This document shows positions 8,781 through 15,634 of a stretch of 59,137 bases of DNA, piece after piece (position 1 is the stretch's first letter; every line of letters begins with the position of its first letter). Under the pieces are notes generated by a model, which did not search any database, was not told where the DNA came from, and worked only from the letters and a program-made list of their open reading frames with translations. The DNA comes from a virus. Lineage: Duplodnaviria; Caudoviricetes. A program made the translations under genes and the position numbers. The DNA lies in the IMG/VR virus record IMGVR_UViG_3300030102_005755, positions 1 to 59,137 of that record; one strand, 5' to 3'.

Positions 8781-9277
8781 AGCGACTTGCCAAATATTAC
8801 TTCGTAGTAAACCTTGCCTCTATCGTCTCGTAGAGCCTTGAGACACCTGCCACGATTAACACCATCATAAACGAAAGACACGTGAACCCAATCAGGATTG
8901 TCTTCATCACCAAACTCCCAAATGAGCTGATCAAACGTAAGGTTGTTGAGTATATAGCGGAAGATGTCACCGTTCGACACACGTCCGAATACGTCTCCAT
9001 CAAGGTCGAGTGCTCTACCCTCCACATGCTGACTACGCTTTGAACCACCGATCGCTTGGTTGAGCTCAGGCGACCTATAGCCGCTCGACACGTATATAGG
9101 CCTTCCGAAATGCTCGCGCACAGGTTGAAAAATATGCTCTGCGACTTTCCTAAGATTTTCTGTAACCCACTCATCTGGCGTGTTATTTATCCCCAGCCGC
9201 TTGGCTGTGTTGCTTTTGGTCACCTCTGCGAGTGACAGATTTTTTGACAGCTTCATTGTTGAGTCGTCGTTTTTCAT
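8777..9277 (-). CDS. Peptidase M15 family endolysin
   Basis: SSGYRSPELN.AIGGS..SQH..G.ALD and WVHVSF zinc-ligand motifs. Confidence 0.9.
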   Translation of the reverse strand: MKNDDSTMKLSKNLSLAEVTKSNTAKRLGINNTPDEWVTENLRKVAEHIFQPVREHFGRPIYVSSGYRSPELNQAIGGSKRSQHVEGRALDLDGDVFGRVSNGDIFRYILNNLTFDQLIWEFGDEDNPDWVHVSFVYDGVNRGRCLKALRDDRGKVYYEVIFGKSL

Positions 9278-9328
9278 TTTCTACCCCAGGGTCCTTTCGC
9301 TTCAGCTTAGGATTGAAGTAACGATCCC

Positions 9329-9544
9329 TCACTTTCCAGCAACCGCCCTCTTCATCTTGGCGAGCTGAGCGGGGTCCTTGGCAAGAGCATCCACGAGAGA
9401 GCCCCCATCTTTGAAGACCTTACCCCCGTACATGTACATGGGCATTTTGTGCTTGCCCCCGTGCTTCATCATTTTGTCCTTCATCATGCCACCGCCTGGC
9501 ATCTTCTTAACTACTTTGACTTTAGGTTTCTTTCCGTGATCCAT
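9329..9544 (-). CDS. Small Lys/Met-rich protein with repeated xxxGG motifs
   Basis: KMPGGG, MKHGGK, MYGGKV, FKDGG. Confidence 0.7.
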   Translation of the reverse strand: MDHGKKPKVKVVKKMPGGGMMKDKMMKHGGKHKMPMYMYGGKVFKDGGSLVDALAKDPAQLAKMKRAVAGK

Positions 9545-9555
9545 AATTATTGTTT

Positions 9556-9984
9556 TTAAGCTGCTACAAATATTTCTACATCGCAGGCTGCTGAATCAGC
9601 TTTTGCTTTGATCGAGTCTATGTTAGCCAGCGACATGGTGGCAACACCTGACGCAGAGTCTGCATCCATCACTGTCTCAAACAAAACAAAGGAATCGCCT
9701 GGTGAGATTTTGACAAAGTACTCGTCGTTGCCTGCGGTCACCCTCAAAGAAACAAAGTTTGTTCCGTCAAGGTTGGTGATCCTCAGGTAGTCAACAGTAG
9801 AATCAGCAAACTGACCAGCAGCTGCTGCAGTGTCAAACAAGAGCAAAGACTGCTCAGCAGTCCCTACACTTACAATACGATCGTTTACAAGAGTGACACC
9901 CGTGATGTCCGTGGTGTTCACAGAGCCCCTCTCCTTGCCGTTAAGGGTTACGCTTTCTGATATGCTAACTGTCAGTGTTGCCAT
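9556..9984 (-). CDS. Small beta-rich virion protein (decoration-like)
   Basis: MATLTVSISESVTLNG...YLRITNLD...CDVEIFVA; resembles 52910..53703 proteins. Confidence 0.7.
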   Translation of the reverse strand: MATLTVSISESVTLNGKERGSVNTTDITGVTLVNDRIVSVGTAEQSLLLFDTAAAAGQFADSTVDYLRITNLDGTNFVSLRVTAGNDEYFVKISPGDSFVLFETVMDADSASGVATMSLANIDSIKAKADSAACDVEIFVAA

Positions 9985-10808
9985 TATTCAGGGAGTTTTG
10001 CTCCGTACATAGCCTTCAAAGCATGAAGGAGTCTAAGGTCTTTGTTTTTATCCTGACCACGCTTCAAGATCTTCATGCCTTTCGCCCCGCCAGGGATACC
10101 AGCGCCAGCTAAAAGCTGCATCAAGGTATTGACGTCAATGTTTTGAGATGTGTCTGTACCATATCCCGCAAGCTGACCCTGGGCAATTTGATCCATCTGT
10201 GAACCTCCAGAGATGTCTGGGTACTCAAGCTCGCTAGTCGATGGTGTAGCACCGATCTCTTGCATACCACCCATAAGGCCTCTCTCATCCATGTTCTGAG
10301 ATGGGGCATCTTCTCCAGCAATCATTTTACCCAAGAGCTTTGTCCCGCCCTTCAGGGCTTTCCTCTTAACTGCGTCTGTCTTCAGAGCTTTGATGCCTTG
10401 GCCTACAGCGCTGCCGAGCTTAGAGCTGCCAAGATTGCTGGCAAGATTGCTGGCAAGACCAGACAAACCACCTCCGCTTTGAACAGCACTAACCAAAGCA
10501 GGGGCTCCAAAAGCCGCACCAGCAGCCAATGCACCTGCACCAATGCCTTTCTTGATTCTATCTCGCTGGACTTTCTTCAAGTACTCCAAGCGATCAGCAC
10601 TGCGTGGCCCTTCTTCGTTTAGCTTCCCCTGTCTATCCAACTTCTTGAGGTAACGCTTCTCTTTTCTCAAAGCTGAACCCTTGGTTCTTAAGAAGCCTTG
10701 ATTGCCAAATGCTGTGTTGATCCCAGAACCTGCCCCCTCCATGTCGGAGAACTTGTCCTGAGAGTTGCTGAAGAACCCTCCCTTGCGGTATTCTTTGTTG
10801 ATCTTCAT
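9984..10808 (-). CDS. Putative internal virion/ejection protein
   Basis: Gly/Ala-rich hydrophobic segment IGAGALAAGAAFGAPALVSAV; YRKGG, AKGMK and MYGAK motifs. Confidence 0.6.
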   Translation of the reverse strand: MKINKEYRKGGFFSNSQDKFSDMEGAGSGINTAFGNQGFLRTKGSALRKEKRYLKKLDRQGKLNEEGPRSADRLEYLKKVQRDRIKKGIGAGALAAGAAFGAPALVSAVQSGGGLSGLASNLASNLGSSKLGSAVGQGIKALKTDAVKRKALKGGTKLLGKMIAGEDAPSQNMDERGLMGGMQEIGATPSTSELEYPDISGGSQMDQIAQGQLAGYGTDTSQNIDVNTLMQLLAGAGIPGGAKGMKILKRGQDKNKDLRLLHALKAMYGAKLPE

Positions 10809-10813
10809 GGCTA

Positions 10814-10821
10814 CAAATATA
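10814..10821 (-). promoter_or_regulatory. -7 element TATATTTG, 5 nt before ATG 10808
   Basis: TAnnTTTG consensus. Confidence 0.6.
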
Positions 10822-10971
10822 GCCAGTTATTTTTTAGTACTCAAGCCCAGATCAAGGCTCTTTTTTTCAGGACACAACATCCCTCGCGCCATAAACAATA
10901 AAGGATTCCCTTTGTGCAAACAAAGAAAAATGCTTTGACTGCTTAAAAAGTTCTGAATCGCTTCAGTGCTG

Positions 10972-11002
10972 TAAAGGTATAAACAAAAATTTCAAAAGTC
11001 AA
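10972..11002 (-). promoter_or_regulatory. Putative host-type promoter TTGACT-N17-TACCTTTA
   Basis: Same spacing as plus-strand candidates at 18688-18718 and 22970-23000. Confidence 0.45.
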
Positions 11003-11590
11003 CCGTCAACAGTTACTTGAATACAAGGACTCCAACAGATTGCAAACCAGCAGGTTAAGAATTTTTGGTGTGAATTTGTCTCTGAAGTCAATCTAGCAAG
11101 ATCACCGCAAAAATGAGGGGAGTTCAATGCACCGTGGGGATTATATGTAGTAGCGGACGCCAGCGTGTACGACCAGAATCGGTTTGGCAGACCCCACCCC
11201 CCAACTATCTTCGATAGTTGCGCTGTAACTTTCAGCTTTTTACCTACTGACTTTCAGTCAGTTAGGTATGGATGGCTCCCCCACTGCGTGAGACTGCAGG
11301 GTGTAACGTGCTGTCTGTCAGGGTGGGACAATCCCCAACCTCAATCTCTACTTCAGCACCAACACCCCTTAACGGGGTGACACTGAAACGGCAAACCGAA
11401 GCCCTTCACGTAGCCTAACCTACGGAGATAACTGGTTATCTCTCAGCGTGTTAGGAGACTTCAGCTCCACTACAACTACCAAGGGTAGTGGTAGTGAGAA
11501 GCCGTCAGGGTAGAGGGTTGAGAGAAGAGAGAGAGGAGTCTACGACTCTCTCTCCTCTCAACACTCCTAGGCTCCGAGAGTCGGTCTAGG

Positions 11591-11601
11591 TCAAACTTCA
11601 A
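11591..11601 (+). promoter_or_regulatory. Early leader motif TCAAACTTCAA, copy 1
   Basis: Begins 22 nt before ATG 11613; other copies at 12329, 12635, 13482 and 14657. Confidence 0.7.
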
Positions 11602-11612
11602 AATCATCTCCG

Positions 11613-12137
11613 ATGAACAACTTCAACTTCTCTGACTGCCGTAAGGCAGTGAACCAAGCCACCTTCCGTCCAACCGCAGAGCGCAAAGCCGCCGCAGCGA
11701 AGCTGCTTCAGGAGGCCTTGGACTTCGTCACTAACCTCGAAGAGGTTAAGGAGACCAAGCCGAAAGCCAAGAAGCGTCGTCGTAAGACGACGAAGCGGAC
11801 ACCTTCACAGAAGGTGGCAGATGCTCAAGACAGGGCGGCTCTCAAGACCAACGAAGTTGGGCCAATCAAGCCCAAGTCGGCGAAGCCGAAAGCGTCGGTC
11901 AAGGCGGCGGCCAAGGCGGCGCAGGCCGTGAGTGAGCACACTGGGGCAGCGGCTAAAGCCGCCAAGAAAGCCGAACTCAAGGCCGAAGCGGTTCAACCAA
12001 AGGTTGAGGACAACCGCCTGACTTCTCTGGAAGAGAAGATTGAGATGCTGACCAAGTTGGTGGCCTTGCAGATGCAGGGTGAGCCTACCCACACGATCGA
12101 TACTATCAGTATCGATGAACTCCCTTTCCAACTCTAA
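11613..12137 (+). CDS. First early gene: Lys/Ala-rich histone-H1-like protein with acidic DELPF tail
   Basis: KPKAKKRRRK, KAAAKAA and AAKAAKKA repeats; short coiled coil; ends IDELPFQL. Confidence 0.8.
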   Translation: MNNFNFSDCRKAVNQATFRPTAERKAAAAKLLQEALDFVTNLEEVKETKPKAKKRRRKTTKRTPSQKVADAQDRAALKTNEVGPIKPKSAKPKASVKAAAKAAQAVSEHTGAAAKAAKKAELKAEAVQPKVEDNRLTSLEEKIEMLTKLVALQMQGEPTHTIDTISIDELPFQL

Positions 12138-12147
12138 TTCATCGAAG

Positions 12148-12240
12148 ATGACAATCCTTCTCCAACTCTTCATGCTCTGCGTGTACTCCACGCTCTCCGT
12201 GCTCTGCGTAGCCGCCTTGGTGAACTTGTTCACCGACTGA
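12148..12240 (+). CDS. 30-aa hydrophobic membrane peptide
   Basis: MTILLQLFMLCVYSTLSVLCVAALVNLFTD; C-ending codon bias like neighbouring genes. Confidence 0.55.
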   Translation: MTILLQLFMLCVYSTLSVLCVAALVNLFTD

Positions 12241-12258
12241 CCGACCGAACTCAACCCC

Positions 12259-12321
12259 TGTTAGTATCTCTTAGTACACACTCTCTTCATTTATGAAGAG
12301 TGTGTACTTAGAGAGACAACA
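12259..12321 (+). repeat. Long imperfect inverted repeat preceding leader copy 2
   Basis: AGTACACACTCTCTTCA / TGAAGAGTGTGTACT arms with a 2-nt bulge, plus outer TCTCT/AGAGA and TGTT/AACA pairs. Confidence 0.8.
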
Positions 12322-12349
12322 CTCAATGTCAAACTTCAATTCAACCATC

Positions 12350-12490
12350 ATGCATCCTTCTATGCGCCGTCAGCTCATCGCTGACCTCCTGACCTCTTCG
12401 TTCGACTTCGACCTCCTCACATCTACGGATGAATGGGAGCAGCTCACCTGCGACGAGCAGATGACATTGGCTGACCTCATCAACTGCTAA
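12350..12490 (+). CDS. Small acidic hypothetical protein (46 aa)
   Basis: MHPSMRRQLIADLL...; ATG 21 nt after the start of the leader motif. Confidence 0.6.
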   Translation: MHPSMRRQLIADLLTSSFDFDLLTSTDEWEQLTCDEQMTLADLINC

Positions 12491-12501
12491 ACCCAAAAAT
12501 C

Positions 12502-12603
12502 ATGTCAACGAAATTTCGCATAAAAGACGGGAACAGCTACGTCTGGCCCTGTTGGCTCCATGACTCTTACGTCAAGACGCTCAGGTACACTGACGAGTCC
12601 TGA
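12502..12603 (+). CDS. 33-aa ORF whose 3' end overlaps the hammerhead core
   Basis: MSTKFRIKDGNSYVWPCWLHDSYVKTLRYTDES; stop codon lies in ribozyme loop II. Confidence 0.45.
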   Translation: MSTKFRIKDGNSYVWPCWLHDSYVKTLRYTDES

Positions 12604-12636
12604 ATGGACGAAACACCCCCTTGGGGTGTCTGTATC
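12584..12636 (+). ncRNA. Type I hammerhead ribozyme
   Basis: Stem I GGUACA/UGUAUC; core CUGAcGA; stem II GUCC-UGAAU-GGAC; GAAA; stem III ACACCCC-CUU-GGGGUGU; GUC cleavage triplet with cut after 12630. All core nucleotides present. Confidence 0.92.
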
Positions 12637-12656
12637 AAACTTCAATTTTCTTTACG

Positions 12657-13079
12657 ATGGCATCTTTGCAATCACTCTACATGGCCCTGCAAGCAGGCGA
12701 GGGCTTCAGCGTAAACGCTGACCAAAAGACCTTTGCTGGACGTGGCTACGCAGTCGGTGGAACCGAGGTTCCGTCTCTCGTCGTTGAAAACGACAGCCTG
12801 TCCTTCAATCAATTCTCTGCCGCTATGCAGAACATGGCATCGAAGATGCTTGACCCAGACACCCAAGTGCTCGGCGGTTGGGTGGATGCAGGGATGGCCT
12901 TCATCGAGGTTTCCGACGTGGTGCGTAGCAAGTACGTCGCATTGGAACTTGCCGAGTACCGAAACGAAAGGGCCATCTACGACTTCAACACGCAGTCAGA
13001 GGTTCGCAACCCTAGCTTCATCAGCGGCACAGCCACCACCAAGGTCAATGTCTCACGTAAGCAAACACAGGAAGCATGA
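12657..13079 (+). CDS. Conserved phage early protein
   Basis: GFSV...GYAVG...LGGWVD....IEVS...A..LA..RNERAIYDF motif; start reassigned to ATG 12657, 22 nt after the start of the leader motif. Confidence 0.75.
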   Translation: MASLQSLYMALQAGEGFSVNADQKTFAGRGYAVGGTEVPSLVVENDSLSFNQFSAAMQNMASKMLDPDTQVLGGWVDAGMAFIEVSDVVRSKYVALELAEYRNERAIYDFNTQSEVRNPSFISGTATTKVNVSRKQTQEA

Positions 13080-13315
13080 ACATTTGGGAACGTTACCCAT
13101 CCAAGGGAACTCACTACGAGTGGAACCAAGCCAAGGCCAAGTTGCACACCTTCGAGTATTATGTCCACTACGGAAGCGACCGAGACGACTGGAAAGGCCC
13201 ACACAGGGTCAAGGCACTCACGAAAGAGGAGGCCATCCGAAGTGCCCAAAGGTACTTCGCAGACACGGGGTGGACCGTGTGGAACAAGACATTCAAAGTC
13301 GTTGATAATCAGTAA
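13076..13315 (+). CDS. Hypothetical protein
   Basis: ATGA overlap with the upstream gene. Confidence 0.7.
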   Translation: MNIWERYPSKGTHYEWNQAKAKLHTFEYYVHYGSDRDDWKGPHRVKALTKEEAIRSAQRYFADTGWTVWNKTFKVVDNQ

Positions 13316-13330
13316 CTTAACACCATTCAC

Positions 13331-13414
13331 ATGAAGAAGAACTTCAACATCGTGTTCGTGACGTTCGTTGCGTACCTGGCTACCTTGGTAGCAATCTACA
13401 TCCTCAACCTCTAG
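13331..13414 (+). CDS. 27-aa hydrophobic membrane peptide
   Basis: MKKNFNIVFVTFVAYLATLVAIYILNL. Confidence 0.55.
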   Translation: MKKNFNIVFVTFVAYLATLVAIYILNL

Positions 13415-13477
13415 AGAGTATCAGTATATATATCTCTCTGAACGTAGTGAAGAGAGTATATATATACGATACCTCTC
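13414..13477 (+). repeat. Long imperfect inverted repeat preceding leader copy 4
   Basis: GAGAGTATC-A-GTATATATATCTCTCT / loop GAACGTAGTGA / AGAGAG-T-ATATATATAC-GATAC-CTCTC; overlaps and is followed by an 18-nt match (CTCAATGTCAAACTTCAA) to 12322-12339. Confidence 0.8.
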
Positions 13478-13503
13478 AATGTCAAACTTCAAACTCCAAA
13501 CCG

Positions 13504-13767
13504 ATGGACAACATCAAAGACATGACGAACGACGAGTTCATCAACCACCTCATGACGGGGTACAGCAAGCACGGAGCACTCGTGCACTTGGTAGTCCTTG
13601 ACTGCCTTCAGCGTGGCCTCGACCACTACATATCACACAAGGATAAAATCCTTGAAGAGCACAACAATCCCCGTGAGGATGGGCGTATCTCACTCATCAA
13701 CATGAAGGCATGGGTTGAGTGCTGTGAAGAAACACAACAACGAATCAACGAAAAGTACAATGGATGA
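13504..13767 (+). CDS. Hypothetical protein
   Basis: MDNIKDMTNDEFINHLM...; start placed 22 nt after the start of the leader motif. Confidence 0.7.
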   Translation: MDNIKDMTNDEFINHLMTGYSKHGALVHLVVLDCLQRGLDHYISHKDKILEEHNNPREDGRISLINMKAWVECCEETQQRINEKYNG

Positions 13768-13939
13768 CCAAATCAGAAACTACGACACCTGCCACAAGTG
13801 TGGTGGAGTCGGCATCTTCCTCAACTCGGACCACGACGTCTCGGAATGGTACTACGACTACGAATGTGAAGATTGCCAAGCAACGTGGGACGTCACCTTT
13901 GAACTCAAACCCCTTGACCGAAACAACCATGACGACTAA
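13760..13939 (+). CDS. Zinc-ribbon protein
   Basis: CHKC...CEDC...W.VTF. Confidence 0.65.
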   Translation: MDDQIRNYDTCHKCGGVGIFLNSDHDVSEWYYDYECEDCQATWDVTFELKPLDRNNHDD

Positions 13940-14153
13940 CTTCCCCACCATCGGCTCTGCCGTGCTGTACCTCAACAGCCTCCACTACGGCGAGTTCCTC
14001 GATCGCCTGAACGTGGTCTCACGCCACGACCCTGAATGGATTCGAAACATCGCTGACATCATGATGGCGTTCGATTGGGAGAACGAGGATGAGAAGAAGC
14101 TGATGTTCAAGTGGTCTCTCAAAGAGAAATATGTAACGGCAGTAAACGCATGA
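13929..14153 (+). CDS. Hypothetical protein
   Basis: MTTNFPTIGSAVLYL...; coupled overlaps on both sides. Confidence 0.65.
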   Translation: MTTNFPTIGSAVLYLNSLHYGEFLDRLNVVSRHDPEWIRNIADIMMAFDWENEDEKKLMFKWSLKEKYVTAVNA

Positions 14154-14272
14154 GAGAACTAATCCGAACAACTCAAATCGACAAGGACTGCAAGGTGTGC
14201 AAGGGTGAGGGGTACGTCCCCGCCAAGCCACGCTACGAGATTTGTCCTAAATGCAAAAACAACAAGCAATGA
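14150..14272 (+). CDS. 40-aa DnaJ-type zinc-finger peptide
   Basis: MRELIRTTQIDKDCKVCKGEGYVPAKPRYEICPKCKNNKQ; ATGA overlaps on both sides. Confidence 0.6.
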   Translation: MRELIRTTQIDKDCKVCKGEGYVPAKPRYEICPKCKNNKQ

Positions 14273-14463
14273 ATATGTACGACAAAGCACTCAAAGCCCT
14301 CGAACGTGCGGGCTTCAGCCCCGACATGGTGGGGGCACCAGACGACCCCTGCATCTACGTCAATGTATGGACCGACGACATGGGAGAAGCACACGAGATG
14401 CGTCTGCACGACACCGAGATTGGTTGGTGGGCGAGCAAGTACGAGAAAGAATTGGTTAATTGA
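14269..14463 (+). CDS. Hypothetical protein
   Basis: MNMYDKALKALERAGF...EIGWWASKY; weakly similar to 15413..15634. Confidence 0.7.
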   Translation: MNMYDKALKALERAGFSPDMVGAPDDPCIYVNVWTDDMGEAHEMRLHDTEIGWWASKYEKELVN

Positions 14464-14474
14464 AGTTTGACCAC

Positions 14475-14520
14475 GAGGGGGTGACTACCTGAAACGTCAG
14501 GCCCTCCCCCTCACTTTTTT
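14475..14520 (+). terminator. Intrinsic terminator-like hairpin
   Basis: GAGGGGG...CCTGA-AACG-TCAGG...CCCCCTC followed by ACTTTTTT. Confidence 0.6.
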
Positions 14521-14521
14521 C

Positions 14522-14651
14522 AAGGGAGCGCAGTCGGTGCGTACATCCACGGAGATTGGTTCGGTGTCTCAGTACACTTGCAGACGTGCAAGTCGAACGA
14601 CATACGACAATTTCTACGGGTGGCAGTTGTGTTCGAATCCCAACCTCCCTT
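14522..14651 (+). ncRNA. tRNA-like structured RNA with extended anticodon arm
   Basis: Acceptor AAGGGAG/CTCCCTT; D-like arm CGCA-GTCGG-TGCG; long arm CATCC/GGGTG + GGAGATTG/CAATTTCT + GTTCG/CGAAC + ACTTGCA-GACG-TGCAAGT; T arm GTTGTG-TTCGAAT-CCCAAC. Confidence 0.7.
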
Positions 14652-14677
14652 CTATCACAAACTTCAATTCAATACCT

Positions 14678-15346
14678 ATGAAATACTATGCAGTAATCCA
14701 CGGTGTCTGCGGCCTGTACGAAGGCTACTCCGACACCACTTGTGACTGGTTCCCTACCGAGGAAGCCGCACAGAAACACGTCAAGCAATGCCTCGACACC
14801 TACCGAGAGGACGAGATGTGTGTCAACATTGACCACAGCGGAGACATGATGCACACCTTCGTCACCATGGACCGCGACCCTGACAACTATGCCGCTTGCG
14901 TCCCATCAGACATGGACCACGACGACTACGTTGCAGAGCATGGCGACGACGTAAGTGTCGAAGTGTTCCGAATCGTAGAGGTTGACAAGCCCTACCGCAG
15001 TGACACAACCGAGTCAGTGTGGCTGACATGGGACCAACAGGATTGCAGTGTGGCATGGGACTACTACCCCCTGTGTATGTCACTTGTTGCTCGTGTCTCC
15101 TCCGATGTGTTGGACACCACCAACGATGACTACCCAACGCAATCACTGCATAACCTTGCACAACTCGGTGAGTTCATCTCCGCTGTGTACTACCGCAAGG
15201 AAGCCTTCATCGACATCGACGACTACACCATGCACGCTTTCCGCATCCCCAAGAAGTTGGAGATGAGGTGTAACGAGTGCGGATATGTTGACGACGCAGT
15301 GGCTTCGCACTATGAAGAATGCTCTAAACTCAAGACAGATGCGTGA
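14678..15346 (+). CDS. Acidic hypothetical protein with C-terminal CxxC...H...C
   Basis: MKYYAVIHGVCG...; start placed after leader copy 5 (14657-14667). Confidence 0.75.
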   Translation: MKYYAVIHGVCGLYEGYSDTTCDWFPTEEAAQKHVKQCLDTYREDEMCVNIDHSGDMMHTFVTMDRDPDNYAACVPSDMDHDDYVAEHGDDVSVEVFRIVEVDKPYRSDTTESVWLTWDQQDCSVAWDYYPLCMSLVARVSSDVLDTTNDDYPTQSLHNLAQLGEFISAVYYRKEAFIDIDDYTMHAFRIPKKLEMRCNECGYVDDAVASHYEECSKLKTDA

Positions 15347-15416
15347 CCCCAAGACAGAGATTTGGGTTGACCCCGAAACAGGAATTTGGTATCAACAAGA
15401 AATTCAAGACAGATGA
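15339..15416 (+). CDS. 25-aa mini-ORF with internal repeat
   Basis: MRDPKTEIWVDPETGIWYQQEIQDR; coupled to both neighbours. Confidence 0.45.
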   Translation: MRDPKTEIWVDPETGIWYQQEIQDR

Positions 15417-15634
15417 TAAATAAATCCACACTACAAGATGCCCTCGATTGCTTCGAGCGATATGAAATCCCCGCTGAACTCTACCACAACGATTTGACCT
15501 ATAGAGATACCATCCTCGTCCAAACCATCAACCCAGACGTGTACGTTGAAATCTCCAAGCAAGAAATCATTTGGAGGGCAGACCAACACCTCGAACTATT
15601 AAAGCAAGAGAATGACGAAGAAAAAACTGCTTGA
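15413..15634 (+). CDS. Hypothetical protein
   Basis: MINKSTLQDALDCFER...EIIWRA. Confidence 0.65.
   Translation: MINKSTLQDALDCFERYEIPAELYHNDLTYRDTILVQTINPDVYVEISKQEIIWRADQHLELLKQENDEEKTA

Larger units (their letters stand above)
10822..11612. other. Long non-coding divergent region rich in hairpins (probable genome end or early control region)
   Basis: Switch point between the minus and plus blocks; hairpins at 11202-11220, 11241-11268, 11363-11379, 11468-11496 and 11517-11562. Confidence 0.65.

Noticed and set aside
10425-10460. 12-nt tandem repeat (GCAAGATTGCTG-like)
   Set aside because: In-frame coding repeat (LASN); ordinary slippage.
11363-11403. Second hammerhead-like stretch CACCCC/GGGGTG...CTGAAACGGCAAACCGAAG
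   Set aside because: Core reads CUGAAAC and GAAG rather than CUGANGA and GAAA, and no third stem closes.
14522-14651. tmRNA or intron-containing tRNA call
   Set aside because: Lacks the GGGG 5' end, G3-U70 alanine determinant, tag ORF and CCA; the insert is too short for a group I intron and no anticodon loop can be rebuilt.
11591-14667. CRISPR-like or mini-array reading of the repeated leader motif
   Set aside because: Repeats are only 10-18 nt and are separated by hundreds of bases of genes; no cas genes.
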